A DNA stretch of 64,000 bases from Felis catus (Eukaryota): NCBI RefSeq assembly GCF_018350175.1, contig NC_058368.1:200634001-200698000 (forward strand). The letters are read 5' to 3'. Position 1 is the first letter of the stretch. Every line of letters begins with the position of its first letter. Below are positions 39,058-52,910 of the stretch, in pieces. The notes beneath the pieces are model-generated. The model did not search any database, had not been told where the DNA came from, and saw nothing but the letters and a program-made list of their open reading frames with translations. Made by a program: the position numbers and the translations under genes.

Positions 39058-42000
39058 AAAAATTATTTCCTGAGAGAAATAAATGGTCTTTATTTCTAAA
39101 GGGCAAAGAGAATAAAAGTCTTATATACATAGATATATTTTTTCTACATTTGCCTTGCTCTTGCTGACTTCTATTGTTTACTACTAATTATTATAGAACT
39201 TAATTTTGGAATCTTGTCATTTTTCTTGATACCTTGAATTCTAGATGAATATGTCTCTCAGATATAGTCTGAATGCCTTTTTTTTTTTTTTTGGCTCTGG
39301 GTGAGATTTGCATGTCTGTATTCTTAAATTCCACTTGTTTTGGTTCCCACCTAATAATACACCAAAGAGCAAAAAGTCAGAAATCTCCACCTAAGGCTTG
39401 CCATTTTATGAACAGTGCTCCCTTTTTCCTTGTTATGACAACAAACTGGACATTGTCATTTCTCAACCTGGAATCATAGGCTCCAAAGCAGTTTCCTAAC
39501 ACTTTCCAGATTAGCATGCACGTAGCTTACTTCATCACTCTTCACTGAATTGACATGCCCTGCTAAAGTGTCGTGCCACTTAATATGCCTAAGCATGATG
39601 GGGATGACAGTTCCATAGTCAATGACAGTCAAGCCATGTCTGTGAAGCTGTCTCCAGCTCTAAAATCACATATCTTATGTATATGTTGATTTGACCTCAG
39701 CTCCACCAGCTCTTCCTCTATTATCTGGCAAATGAATAAATAAATAAATTACACCATAAACCTAACGCCACTTACAGGAATTGGACTTTCACTTGCATGG
39801 CACTATTCTTAAGGAATCCAGAGTCAAGAAAATCTCAAGTAAAGATTCTTTTATTTCACCAAGCTTTGTGGAATGGGGTAGGGACTGAGGGTGGGGAAAA
39901 ACAAGGAAGATAATGATACCTTCTCAAGCTGCACAGAGACAAATGTCAGAGAAAGACACTAAAATGTCAACCAGACACTGTCAATAATGTCCACGTGCCT
40001 CAGTACATAATGCTGGTTTGTCTAGTTTAAAGAGTAAATCAGTGTCCTTTCTTGCTTTGCAGCAGGGACTAAATAACAGTGAAATAAACAAAGTTCGTTT
40101 TCTGTGCCCATGCCCCTCCCCTCTGGTGGCCTTCTCTCAGTTCTCAGGCACTCAGGACTATGCAGTACTTTTGCTCTCCTATCTCCTATTTATAGATCCT
40201 CAGGACAGACCATGATGAACTGTTTCATCCTGAGTATGAATGACTGATAAAGTTAAATATATCATCTCTCCTAAGCACAGCAACTTTTAATATGGGTCAA
40301 AATTTAATGCCAAGAGTATGGATCATTAGTATTGAAACTTTAGGTCACAGATATGGGGGTTGGCATTTTTTGAGACTCATTTTATACAAAGTATTAAGTT
40401 CTCATAGCATTTTTGAAGTAAGAACATGGTAAGAAGGTTACAGTCGAACATAATATAAAATGCATAAGAATAAGAAAACTAAAATATGTACAATTTGTGA
40501 GTTATGTATTACCAAAGATGTTGTTTTATTGATACAGGTATCTCAGCCGCTTACAAATATATGAAGTGCTTTTTGCCTAGAAAAAAAATCTGATTGGGTT
40601 ATTGTGCTAGCTAGGGCCTTATGTGTCATCAAATGCATTAAAATTTATGAGCCAGTAAATTAACTTCAATTACCCCAATATTCATCCTCATTTTGATAAG
40701 TAATCAACAATGTGGATTCTTGAAGAAAATTTTGCATGACCGAAGTATCGATGTTTGCCATCAGAAGGTTTTGGCTGCGACGTTGGTATTTCTTTGATTT
40801 GTGCATGAGATAGTATCCAATGGTTCAATCTTATTTCCCTTTTATTCCCAAGGAGATCTTAGGCCTTTTGAAGACAAGAGCACTACTATGTTCAAGCCTA
40901 AGTATAAAAGGATTAAATATGTATATGTGTAGGCATATATGTATATATGTACACGTACATAATGAAACTATATGCATAAATGTATTCCTAACACACATGC
41001 GTAGATATACGTAAATATACGCACATGCGTAGACATCTCTCCACACAGTAGTGCTATGCCTCTTCAACCAAACAAATTTCAAAGACAAGATTGTTCTTTC
41101 TACATTTCCACTGAAGAGATCATTAAAAAATGACATTATCAAGTTATAAAATAATGTTCACAATGCAGCTTCTGCTTCTCAATCTCCCCCTCCTCCTCCT
41201 TCATTAACATCACCACTGTCATAATTATTATTATAAACAGAATGCAGTTATAGTTCTAATGCTAAAGATAGTGATTTTGTGGCTTTGTTCATTTGAAGGG
41301 CTGTAGTTATCTTTTTATACACTTTTCTCACATCTCAATTAACTCAACTCAAGAGATCCCTTTAGATCCCAAAACATAAAATATTTCTATCAGAGAGCAG
41401 GGGCAAATGAAGGGAAACACTCATCTTTTTCTTTCTTGTCTGAGTGCCATTTTCAGGATTGGGAACAAGTACACTCCATTTGAATCCCAATAATCTAAAC
41501 ACTTTTTTGATTCTTTTCTTTTTAACCTCCCGACATCCAAAAATGGGCCATTGCTCTTAAACTTTTTAGGGCATTCTGTTTTTAAATTAGAGAAAAGGAA
41601 TGCAGTTTTAAGCAAAGAAGTTTAGCTATAAGTTTAATTTACAATCTTAAATTTAAATCCTCATATGACAGATCAAAAATAATAATCATTCAATCATTTT
41701 ATTTGTATTTCTAAAACAGCATATTTATGATGCTTTTGTCAGAAGCATATGAATTGATGATTGGGTGCCTGTTTGATCACAGTATAGGAGAGGAGCAGTT
41801 CTCAGGGTAACCTGCCTGGATAAGGTCATATGAAATGGCCAGCAAAGGACAGGTACACAGCCAGGAAATGAATGAAATATTTTAAATGAAAGACCTCCTG
41901 CTTCCTCCATCGAAGTTAAGTTAAAAGTAGTGTATTCCATTTGGATTGCCTTTTCCCTTCCCTTTATAGACTGTGCCAGATGAAAGTCATAAGTAATATG

Positions 42001-44072
42001 AAGAATGTAATCACTAGACAATCATGTTTATTACACTGAGAACTGAGAACTCTTCAAGAATGAGCAAGAACAAGGGGTTTATCTGTGATCTTTGCAAAAA
42101 AAAAAAGCCAGATGATTTAGGAACTGAGACAAAATGATGATAGCATAGTGGCTAAATCCTAACCTCTGCAGGCTGGTTTGTCACAGGTTATTGAAAAGCC
42201 TGTTGGCAACAACACAGTCTGTCTTGAGTTGGAAATAGTTACTGAATACAGGTCCGTCTCTGACAGCATAATGAGCCATAATTGTTACAACACTTGGACT
42301 TCACATGAAAATGAGAGTAACCTTATGCAGTATCCATCCTGAAGTGGGTGTTCATGACTTTTAAATATTGCTTAGATTTTTGCATCTGAAAGATTATAGA
42401 TGATCTATCTAGCTGGTTTACCAAGTGAGAACATGTTTGATCATGGCCCTTATCATGAAAATAGGAGGCATATTAAAAATCATGAAAATAATTTCTTGCA
42501 ACACACTTATTTATGTTCTGCTTATGTCACAAAAGGAACATGATTTCAAAAGAAATTAATAGCTCCACTGGGATACCAGCTGTGACAAAGACACTCTTTG
42601 ACACTGTGGTGATGCTGTGTATGTGTTCAAAATTGAACAGATGCCTCGTGGAAAACTGACATTGAGAGATGTAATAGAGTAATTGCAGATTAAAAACCCC
42701 TCCCACATTCTATGAAGAATCGCCTAATTTTTTAGAGATTTATTTCTATGTACACTAAAAGGCTAGTCTGACATGTAAAGACAAAATTTCTCACAAAATA
42801 GGGAGTAACAGTGAATGTTCTATAGAAATGGAAAAGAAAAGAAAACCCAACTCTGCTTCCACCTAGGAAAGTGGTTTCTATCTAGCCTTAAATCCTTACT
42901 AGACCTAGTCTTCCTTGGTCTTCTGGGAATTAGGAGAAAGGAGGGAAGTGGAGAGTTCAGGCAGAGTAAGAGGGGTCACAGTAGGATGGTATGATACTGG
43001 GGTAAAATGAAATTCCTTCTATGCTCTTATTTGTTGAGGGCTATCATTCTGCCTTAACTCTGCAACCCATGTTCTCCAGTATATGCTATATCATTTATTA
43101 TTGTTTTTATTTAATTATGCTATTTAATATGTGTGGTGTTTTGGTGACGGAATTCACTTGAGTTGAGGCACTCCTTCATTTAATATATATTCAGAGCATG
43201 CCTGTATTCCTGATATTCTTCTGGTACTGGGTGAAGAAGACAAAATCTCTGCCCTCATGCATCTTACATGGTAGAAGGTTATTATGAAAAAAGAAGACGT
43301 TTTCTATTAACCTAAACTTACTGTTTAATGATGGTGAGCAATTCGGTAATCCGTTAGTCTCAGTTTTAGATTCTAATTCTAGGATATGAAAGCTTTTTTT
43401 CTACCTGATTCCAGCAAAGATTATTTAAATAAATATTTATTAATATATGCAAATAGAATCCTATACACTGATATAATTATATGTGTTAATATAATTAATT
43501 CCCAGTCTGGTAGCCAGTAGTCACAAACCATCCACCCTGCCTTAAATTCAGGTGACTTTTTTCAGATGTCATTATGATATTACTATTCTTCGAGTAATCA
43601 TATTTGCAAATCTGAATTCTTTTAAATTATTCTCCATCTTCAATGTTCAGAAGTTAATCAGTCATCAAGAGCTGCTATTTTTTTCTGTGAATTTGCTTTT
43701 ACATTCTTTTACCTAATTTTCTAGGAAACATGCTTTTCAAACTTAATAAATTACTCCAATAAACTCCAAGCAAAACCTGAATTATAGTCTTCAGAAATTT
43801 CAAATGATTTTCCAAGCATATCTCCCTTCATATTGCAATGCACAATCTACCAAGTAGTTGAAATTTGTCTTCACTCTATACTTAGCTAAATTTTAAAAAA
43901 TATATTATTTTAAAATATATTAATACATCCTGTCAATGTATCAGTAAGTTATTGTCATCTAATAATAACTCATATACATATTTTATGGAGAAAATTGAAA
44001 AAAATCCCCTAAGAAGGTGGCAAAATAAAAAAAAAATCCACAATACCACCATAAGTTATAATGTTAATTTTT

Positions 44073-44271
44073 AAAATGTATTTATTTATTTTAAGAGAGA
44101 AAGAGGGAGTGAAGGGAAGGGCAGAGAGAGAGAGAGAGAGAGAGAATCCCAAGCAGTCTCCAAGCAAAAGAGACTGATATGGGGCCCAATCCCATGAACT
44201 GTGAGATTGTGATCTGAGCCGAAATCAAGAGTCAGACAGAAGCTTAACTGAATGAGTCGCCCAGGCACCCC
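44073..44271 (-). mobile_element. Older Can-SINE
   Basis: GAGAATCCCAAGCAG...GAAATCAAGAGTC...CCAGGCACCCC. Confidence 0.92.
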
Positions 44272-44364
44272 TAATCTCTTAACTTTTTAATAAATGGATT
44301 CTCAGTTTATTTTACACTTACAAAAACAGGTATTGTGATATGCCTACTAAAAAATAATAATAAT

Positions 44365-44774
44365 GGGGCCCCTGAGTTAGTCAGTTAAGCATTCAATTCT
44401 TTTTTTTTTTAATGTTTATTTATTTTGGGGAGAGATAGAGACAGAGCATGTGTGGGGGAGAAGGGAGGGAAGGAGACACAGAAACCGAAGCAGGCTTCAG
44501 GCTCTGAGCTGTCAGCACAGAGCCCCACGTGGGGTTCGAACTCACCAACTGTGAGATCATGACCTGAGCCAAGGTCGGAAGCTTAACCAATTGAGCCACT
44601 CAGGCACCCTAAGCATTCAACTCTTGATTTTGGCTCAGGCCATAATCTCCTGGTTTGTGGGATGGAGCCCCACGTTGGGCTCTGTGCTGAGACAGCAGAG
44701 CCTGCTTAGTTAGGATTCTCTTTCTCCCTCTTTCTCTGCCCTTCCCCTGCTCTCTGTCTCTCTCTCTCTCTGTA

Positions 44775-44806
<32 letters not shown>

Positions 44807-44842
44807 AAAACAGATAAACGATAAAAAAATAAAAATGAAATA
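44365..44842 (+). mobile_element. Older Can-SINE split by a nested SINE
   Basis: Head 44365-44401 resumes at 44626 (GATTTTGGCTCAGG...); CT tract and A tail. Confidence 0.9.
44402..44609 (-). mobile_element. Feliform Can-SINE nested antisense in older SINE
   Basis: TSD TAAGCATTCAAYTCTT at 44386-44401 and 44610-44625. Confidence 0.95.
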
Positions 44843-44917
44843 AATTAAGATCTCATTTACACAAAAGGAAATGCACCCATATTAAGTAAGCAGGTTAAGA
44901 ATTCTGCAGCATTTACA

Positions 44918-45545
44918 ACATGTGTTTGGGGAGGAGAGTTCCACACACCACCAAGCAATGCTCTGTGACACCAACTGGGTGTTCTACAATTTAAGTCAAT
45001 TCTGATACAATCTACCCTAAGATAGTGCCAGACCCCACAGAATAAGGACTCCATTCCTGCAAACTGCCCATAACATAAACTTCAGATGCCAGTCGCAAGT
45101 CCACATTGTCATCTGTGCTTCTGACGAACTAAAGATCAGAGGCTCCAGGGACACCTGTGTGGCTTAGTTAAGTGACTGACTCTTTGATTTCAGCTCAGGT
45201 CATGATCTCATGGTCATGAGATCAAGCCCTGCATTGATTTCTGGGCTATGTGTGGGGCCTACTTAAAATTCTCTCTCTCTCTCTCTCTCTCTCTTGCTCT
45301 TCTCTCTCTCTTCTTTCCCTCCGCCCCTCTTCCCTGCTCAAACTCACTCTCTCTCTCAAATAAAAATGTTTTTTTTAAGTTACCAGAAAAGATCAGAGGC
45401 TCCAACAACCCCTTTCTTGTGTTTGATTAATTTGTCAAAGCAGCTCGCCAAACTCAGAGACATTTTATTTAGTAGATTACCAGTTTATTATGAAGGGATA
45501 ACTCAGGAACAGCCAGTGGAAGAGATGAGCAGGGAAAGGTATTAA
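44918..45545 (-). mobile_element. MER21-like ERV-L LTR, interrupted by a SINE
   Basis: GACACCAACTGGGTGTTCTACAATT, TTCAGATGCCAGTCGCAAGTCC, AACTCAGGAACAGCCAG. Confidence 0.8.
45148..45387 (+). mobile_element. Older Can-SINE inside MER21
   Basis: Perfect 17-bp TSD AAAGATCAGAGGCTCCA at 45131-45147 and 45388-45404. Confidence 0.93.
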
Positions 45546-45754
45546 TAGAAAGAGCTCAGAGCCCTGAAGATCTTGCTGGGATTGGAGTTTAGATTTTTCG
45601 AGAAGTGGTATATTAGGCCTTGCTTTAGGCCATGGTCCAAACTGTCAATTAATAGCCTCTGCAGTTTCCAAGCTGTATATTCAGATTTGTCATTGTGGAA
45701 TATGTTAACCATATCTCCACTCTGCATGTGTCTGACCTATGGTCTCCCAGCATT

Positions 45755-46006
45755 ATTTATTTATTTATTTATTTTTATTTATTTATTTATTTATTTATTT
45801 TTAATGTTTACTTATTTTTGAGAGAGAGACAGAGACACAGCATAAGCAGGATGGGACAGAGAGAGAGGGGGACACAAAATCTGAAGCAGGCTCCAGGCTC
45901 TGAGCTGTCAGCACAGAGCCCAACGCGGGGCTTGAACTCACAGACCTCGAGATCATGAGCCGAGCCGAAGTCCAATGCTTAACTGACTGAGTCACCCAGG
46001 CACCCC
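45755..46006 (-). mobile_element. Can-SINE with (TAAA)n tail
   Basis: TSD CTCCCAGCATT at 45744 and 46006. Confidence 0.96.
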
Positions 46007-46790
46007 TCCCAGCATTGTCCTACCCCTGTGCTGTTCTGTTCTCAAACCCATCATGGCCACTTTCTGTTCAGTCTTATGTAGTGTTGCCCTGCTCTTGGCC
46101 TCAGACTTGAAGAAAAGCCTCACACAACTTCCTGATGACCCTCTCCAGAGATCTCTACTATCTAGAGGCCTGTCCAGGCTTCAGCTACTCTTAAATTTGT
46201 AGGATTCTCCTTGGACCCCAGTTTTTTGTGCCATGGTTAGGAAATTGTTTCCTGCAGAGGTCTGGATAATCCATAAGATCAAATCATAGGTTCCTCTTTA
46301 TTTGGGCATCATGGTGTTGCCCTTCTGTTGTCCATTATCTGAAAACACACACCAATTATATTTTTCATCACTTAGTTTTCAATGGGAGAGCTAGTCTGGT
46401 ACTAGCTACTGTCATAGCTCCAAACAAAAGTTCATCTTTACTGTTTGAATATTTTTTCACTTGTCAACAAATAATAAACATTTTTTCATGCCAACATGAT
46501 TTTTAAAACTGTACATAATATTCTATTACAAAAGTGGAATGGTTTCTATAACATATCTTCTGTTAAATCTATACCATAGATCAGGCCAAATGTTTTCCAG
46601 AAACAAATTCACTTAATCCTCACAACATACATATTAAGTAAAGGTACAACACTTAATTTTTCAGATGAGAAAACAAAAGCGTGGAAAATAAAAATAACTT
46701 ACTGAAAATCATCAAAGAAGTAAATAACTAATGTTTAACTATAATATATAGTTTAATCCCTATGTATTTAACTCAAAATCGAAAGTATCG

Positions 46791-46992
46791 TTTTTTAAAA
46801 ATTTTTTTAAACATTTATTTATTTTTGGGAGATAAAGGCAGAGCATAGGTGGGAGAGGGGCAGAGAGAGAGGGAGACAGAATCTGAAGCAGGCTCCAGGC
46901 TCAGGGCTGTCAGCACAGAGCCTGACGCTGGGCTGAGATCATGACCTGGGCCTAAGTCGGACGTTTAACGGACTAAGCCACCCCGGCGCCCC
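46791..46992 (-). mobile_element. Can-SINE at the poly(A) end of the adjacent L1
   Basis: SINE body with deletion of the B-box region; abuts the L1 T-rich tail. Confidence 0.92.
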
Positions 46993-46994
46993 CT

Positions 46995-47418
46995 ATTTTT
47001 TTTTTAATTTAAGCTTTTGATTATAGTTAGTTAACATATAGTATTATATTAGTTTCAGGTGTACAATATAGTAGTTTAACACTTCCATACAACACCCAGA
47101 GCTCATCACAAGTGCACTTTTTAATCCTATCACATTTACCTCTTCACCCTGCCTCCCCTCTGGTAACCATCAAGTTGTTTTTATAATTAAGAGGCTATTT
47201 CTTGCCTTCTCTCTCTCTCTTTCTCTCTCCCTCCCTCTATTATTGTTTTTCCCTTTGCTTATTTGTTCCTTAAGTTCCACATGTGGGTGAAATCATGTAT
47301 TTGTCTTTCTCTGACTCACTTATTTCATTTAGCATTATACTCTCTAATTTCACCTATGCTGTTGTTGCAAATGCCAAGATTTCATTGGTTTTTTATGGCT
47401 GAGTAATATTCCATTATA

Positions 47419-47465
<47 letters not shown>

Positions 47466-47510
47466 CCACTGTATATATATTATTCCTTGTATCACAGTAT
47501 GTATATATAC

Positions 47511-47559
<49 letters not shown>

Positions 47560-47760
47560 ACATCTTTATCCATGCATATATGGATGGACACTTGGGCTGC
47601 TTCCATATATTGACTATTATAAATAATGTTGCTATAAACTATAAACATAGGGGTGCATGTATCCCTCTGAATTATGTTTTCGTATTCTTTGGGTAAAAAC
47701 CCAGTAGTGGGGTTATTATTAAAAACCCATCTGGCTTATAATATAGTTCTGTTTTTAACT
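46995..47760 (-). mobile_element. Carnivore L1 3' end with expanded (TA)n at 47415-47556
   Basis: TAGTTAACATATAGTATTATATTAGTTTCAGGTGTACAA 3' end; TGGACACTTGGGCTGCTTCCAT. AAAGTATC flanks the SINE+L1 unit at 46782 and 47763. Confidence 0.9.
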
Positions 47761-50435
47761 CAAAAGTATCTTTGATAGATGAAAAATAGTATCGTACTTG
47801 AGTTAAGAATTTATTAATACAAAAGTTTAAATTTTTTATAGTTTGAACATAAATGATTCAAATTTTGTGACTTACTGGTTTATCTTATTTGATCAATTTT
47901 CCCTGGGATGTTCAGATTTTATCTCTAAGAACTTTTTATATATAAAATATTAATCTACGAATCATTTATTGTATGCTTGTACGCTACCTCTGCTTTTTAA
48001 AAATAATGTCAATCATATTACAAAATTATATATGTTCACCTTTATGTTTTAGGGTATTTTTATTTTGTTTGTCTCATTTAAATTTTAACCATAATTTCTT
48101 TCTGTTCTTCAGTTCCTATTACCAAGAATTTATTAAACATGGTATTATTGATTTAAGCTATAACAACTTTATATATAAAATATTTAATATTTGTAAGTAT
48201 GTTTCTGGGCTTTCTATTTCACTTATTGTTCTGATTGACTATTTTGTCATTATTTTAGTGTATAGTAGTGTATTTATTTAATTAGTTTAGCTCTATGATA
48301 TATAGCTATATGATGTATATGATGTATGGGGAAAGTGGATTTCCCTTTTCAGTAACTTTTTTTATCAAATATTTGGAATTATCTTTGCCTTTCTACATTC
48401 CAAACTTTGAACCTGAGAATAAGTTTGTCAAAGTACCTGTGTATATGTGTGTGTATTTTTATTCATAGGCATGTTTTATATCACATTTTACAAATACCCT
48501 TATTGATAAAGTCTTAGAATTTTAACTTCTAAGATGAGAAAACATACTTTTCTTCATATTTTTATTATTAAAATATTTTTATTTTATTAAATTATTTATT
48601 TTATATATTAAATGTATAAATATTTATATATTAAACACATTATTTATTTATTTATAATTATTAAAATTAAAATATTATTCAATATTTTAAAATTTTATCA
48701 CACACATCTACACATTTTTAAAGTTATTGCCTAAAGTATTTTTTTATTGCCATTGTGAATGTAATATTATTCATTTTAATTTTCTATAGGTTATCAATAG
48801 CATATTGAAAAGCTATTTCACTTTGGATATTAATCTTATAGCCAGTGACCTTACTGCAGATTCTTAATATTCCCTTTAAATTTTAAGTAGGCTGTGTTGG
48901 AAGTACCAAAATAGTTACTATCCTGAAATAAGACAAATTATATTTAGAAATGTAATTGTTTGATAGGTACTTTATTTTTCTCACATATCTGCAATGTCTA
49001 AAATTTTAAGAAAAGTATTTAATTATAGTTGTGGTAAAGGACATGCTTCTCTAATACTTAATTCTAGTAAGTGTTTCTAAAGTTTCAACTATAAAAGTAA
49101 TGTTGGCTGTAGTTTAAAGTAAACTATTAATCATTTTAAATTATATTCTATTTACTTTTATCATTAAAACATAGAAATTTAATCACATGTATTTAACATC
49201 AATTTGGATGATCTTCTCCTTACATTTATGGTGCAGTGAATCTTATAAAAACATTTCCTTTACATTGTCAATGTAAATTCTAAAAGTTAAAAAAACAAAA
49301 TTTTAAACCAAAATAAAATGATTTGTTTTTATTAAACCAATGAACACTGTATAATCAAATATTATGTTATATTCAACTAAATTATCCTTAAAGCAAATTT
49401 AATTGTTTTCATATTTTAATATATTCCCTTACTTTTTATGTTTCTTGGTTATATTAGTTATTTTGTTTTTTACAATGTTTGCCTTTTGCTAAAAATTATA
49501 TCAACAATTCATTTGTCAATTCTATAATATTGTCCTTAATTTGCTTTTTAGTTTATAAATCTTTTTCTTTTGCTTTGCTTAGGTTTATTTTGGTGTTTCC
49601 TTTCTACATTACTCAGATGGATGTTTAAATCCTTTATTTCCATTTATTATTTCTTGACAAAAAGTTATATTTGTGCCTAACAATATGTATCCACTACATA
49701 GACTTTCTAAAGCAGTCCAACCACCTAAGTCAAAACTAATCTTATTATCTGAGCAACATATTGGTGTGTACAGAGCAGGAGACACATTAGTGTTTTCCAT
49801 TTTCTGTAGAACCATTTTCTGCACCACCATGGATGAATATATGTTAAATCATTAATTTTGTTGAGGACTCACAAATCGGAAGTTGTTCATTTTGGAGGAA
49901 AAAAGAAGATATCTTTGGAAGTCAGATATACTATTCCCAAAAAGAAATGTTTTGTTAGAATGTATTAAAACAGTTTAAATAGCAAATTGTGCCCCTTAGG
50001 TGACAGAAGGCTGTTTTAATGGTCAAAAAAAATTGTTAAATGTATGTTAAAACTGTAGTAGGTCACGGTAGGCCCTATGTGGGCCCAATGGCACAGTGAG
50101 AAATCAGCCTTGGAAGAATCTAGGAATGATACACAAAGTTACGTTACATGATAGTAGGAACACCCTTGAAGGCTAATGTACCTTCCCCAACCTAATGGTG
50201 CAAAAGACAAAGTGTCTTTTAATTCTTACCTTTCTGATCAGAGTTCTTGACTCTATGCAGGCTGCACTGACCACTTTAACTTCAGGCTTTGCTTCATAAA
50301 GAACAAAGGAAGTATCAGAAAACCTCATTTGCTCCTTTGCGTTTATGTCTGGTATACACATACTGCAGTGATTTGTGATAATTTGATAACAAACCAAAGG
50401 TAGAAAATCTTTGACAGCTAAAAGTTGTCAATCTT

Positions 50436-50654
50436 GGGGCTCCTGGGTGGCTCAGATGGTTGAGTGTCCAACTTCAGCTCAGGTCATGATCTCACGGTTC
50501 ATGAGCCCCATGTGGGGCTCTGTGCTAACAGCTCAGAGACTGGAGCCTGCTTCAAATTCTGCTCATGCTCTGTCTTTCTTTCTCTCTCCCTCTCTCTGTC
50601 TCTCTCTCTCTCTCTCTCTCAAAAATAAATAAACATTAAAAAATAAAACAAAAC
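50436..50654 (+). mobile_element. Can-SINE (feliform type)
   Basis: TSD AAAAGTTGTCAATMTTG at 50420 and 50655. Confidence 0.95.
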
Positions 50655-51109
50655 AAAAGTTGTCAATATTGACAATATTCAAAGTAGAGCCAGCCCTTTA
50701 TTGTCAGTTCTAGATCAGAACATTAAAATTGTGATTTTGAATAATTTTATATTTAAAATGCTTATACATTTGTGACATATACAAAACTACGTAATAGGAC
50801 TGCTGACTATTCATTTTATTTCTGCTATCAGGACATATGAGTTATTGGTACATTTTGGATCATCACAACTGTCACTTCAAATATTATACGGAAGCCATTT
50901 ATAAACCCCGTCCTAAGGATCCCATTGAAGGTTGATTGTTTGATGTCTATGGCAAGTTTTATACATTTTGAGTAATACAGTTTTTTAAGGGAGGATTTTT
51001 AAATACTTATTGGCATACTAACAGTTAATATAATTTTTTCTACTATCTTCAAATTACATTTTTATCTTCACCAAATAGCTGAACTTCAAAGGTTAAGCAC
51101 AATATGTAC

Positions 51110-51855
51110 CCTGAGGTTGACATACTAATGCCCCTTTTCCCCCAAGAGAGTCACAGCCTAGTTCCAAACCCCAGGAATCTGTGACTGTTACCTTACATGG
51201 CAAAAAAGATACTGCTAATTAATTAAAGACCTGAGTCAGGGAGATTATCATGGATTATCTGGCCCAATATAATCAATTTAAGTCCTTTAAAAGGGAGAAT
51301 CTGGGATACCTGGGTGGCTCAGTCAGTTAAGCGGTTGACTCTTGATTTTGGCTCAAGTCATGATGTCTCAGTTCATGGGTTGAAGCTCCGTGTCATGTCA
51401 GGCTCTGTCCTGAGAGTGCAAACCCTGCTTGGGATTCTCTCTCACTCCTTCTCTCTCTCACCCTTCTCCTCTTGCTCATGTGTGTGTGCACCTGCACGCA
51501 GTTTCTCTAAATAAATAAATGAATGAATGAATGAATGAATGAATGAATGAATGAAAGGGAGGGCCTTTCCCGGCTGTGGTCAGAGGCAAATGTGGCTATA
51601 GGACCGTCAGATGGAGTGTTGCTGGCTTTGAAGATGGAGGCAGGAGGCTATGAGCCAAGGAACATGGGGGAAATTGTACAGGTTTAAAATACTAACGAAA
51701 TAGATTTTCCCCTGAAACCTCCAGAAAGGAATGCAGCCCTATTTTAGCCTAGTAAGACTAATTTTGGACCTCAGACCCAGAGCTATAAAATAATTTTATG
51801 TTGTCTAATGCCACTAAGTTTGTGATAATATGTTATGGCAGCAATATATCATCAA
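51110..51855 (+). mobile_element. MaLR LTR (MLT1D-like), interrupted by a SINE
   Basis: TGTTACCTTACATGGCAAAA, GGAGATTATCATGGATTATC, GCTGGCTTTGAAGATGGAGG, GCCACTAAGTTTGTG...GGCAGCAATA. Confidence 0.85.
51303..51553 (+). mobile_element. Older Can-SINE with (GAAT)n tail
   Basis: Head and body; partial TSD AAAGGGAG. Confidence 0.9.
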
Positions 51856-52100
51856 TTGAAGTGTACTAAAATTATTTAGCAATTGCTCCATATATATCCT
51901 TAATATTGACAACATAGAATTAAATATTTTAATACTGTTATATTAATTTCTTTTGAATGTGGGCTTTTCATTACAAACCTTTATTATACTCCTGACTAGT
52001 GCCCACTACCTTCAAATAACTGTTTGTGTATAAATATGTTTGTACACATAGATGTGCATATGTGTATTTATAGGTTTTGCTTTTTGATTAGACTTTATTT

Positions 52101-52308
52101 TTTTTAATTTTTTTTTAACGTTTATTTATTTTTGAGACAGAGAGAGACAGAGCATGAACGGGGGAGGGGCAGAGAGAGAGGGAGACACAGAATCGGAAGC
52201 AGGCTCCAGGCTCTGAGCCATCAGCCCAGAGCCCGACGCGGGGCTCAAACTCACGGACCGCGAGATCGTGACCTGAGCTGAAGTTGCTGCCCAACCCACT
52301 GAGCCACC
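52101..52308 (-). mobile_element. Young CpG-rich Can-SINE lacking its first ~10 nt
   Basis: TSD TGATTAGACTTYATTT at 52085-52100 and 52309-52324. Confidence 0.96.
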
Positions 52309-52409
52309 TGATTAGACTTCATTTAAAATGTAAATTATAGGGGCACTTCTAAAAAAAAAAACAACTCTTCTGAGAATATTTTTACTTTGTAGCTACACAA
52401 TAGTGGGAC

Positions 52410-52910
52410 ATGTGGAATTTTGCTATATATGGCTACCCAGTATCTTTAAATATGTTTCTCTTGTTTTTATAATTTTCCACATTCCCAATGCAGAACCCAG
52501 AAAACTTTAATCTTCAGATTCCCTTGAGGCTAGAGGGTTGGCACCTGAACCAGTTTCTATTAACCAAGGCATCTGTGCAAATCTTGGCTTTAGAAGCAAG
52601 CAATGTTTGGTGGGAGCCCTTTGTCAGGAAATGTCCTTCACGGTGGTACAGACTTGATTAGTTAGGAATGTCAGAGTGATAGTTTCTAGCATGTAGTCCT
52701 AAAAGTCGTGGATGCTAAGCCAGGACGGCAATGATGTGCTGTCTAGAGAAGAAAAGCCTCTGTAGTTGGCATTGACATTGTTCTTGACTGTATATCTTCT
52801 GTGTCTGGGTCTCTGGACCTTCTATTAATATCCTTTAGGAATTTTTTTTTTCTGCTAAAACTAGCCATAGTGGATCCTTGTGCTTGTAGCTGAGAATCCT
52901 GATTGATTTT
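52410..52910 (+). mobile_element. Ancient MaLR LTR (MLT1H-like)
   Basis: CAGATTCCCTTGAGGCTAG; 3' end TTCTGCTAAAACTAGCCATAGTGGAT...GAGAATCCTGATTGAT. Confidence 0.55.

Noticed and set aside
47382..47696. YIYIYI-rich ORFs
   Set aside because: (TA)n microsatellite within an L1.
50660..50675. Perfect 16-bp palindrome TTGTCAATATTGACAA
   Set aside because: AT-rich, overlaps a SINE TSD, and has no supporting context.
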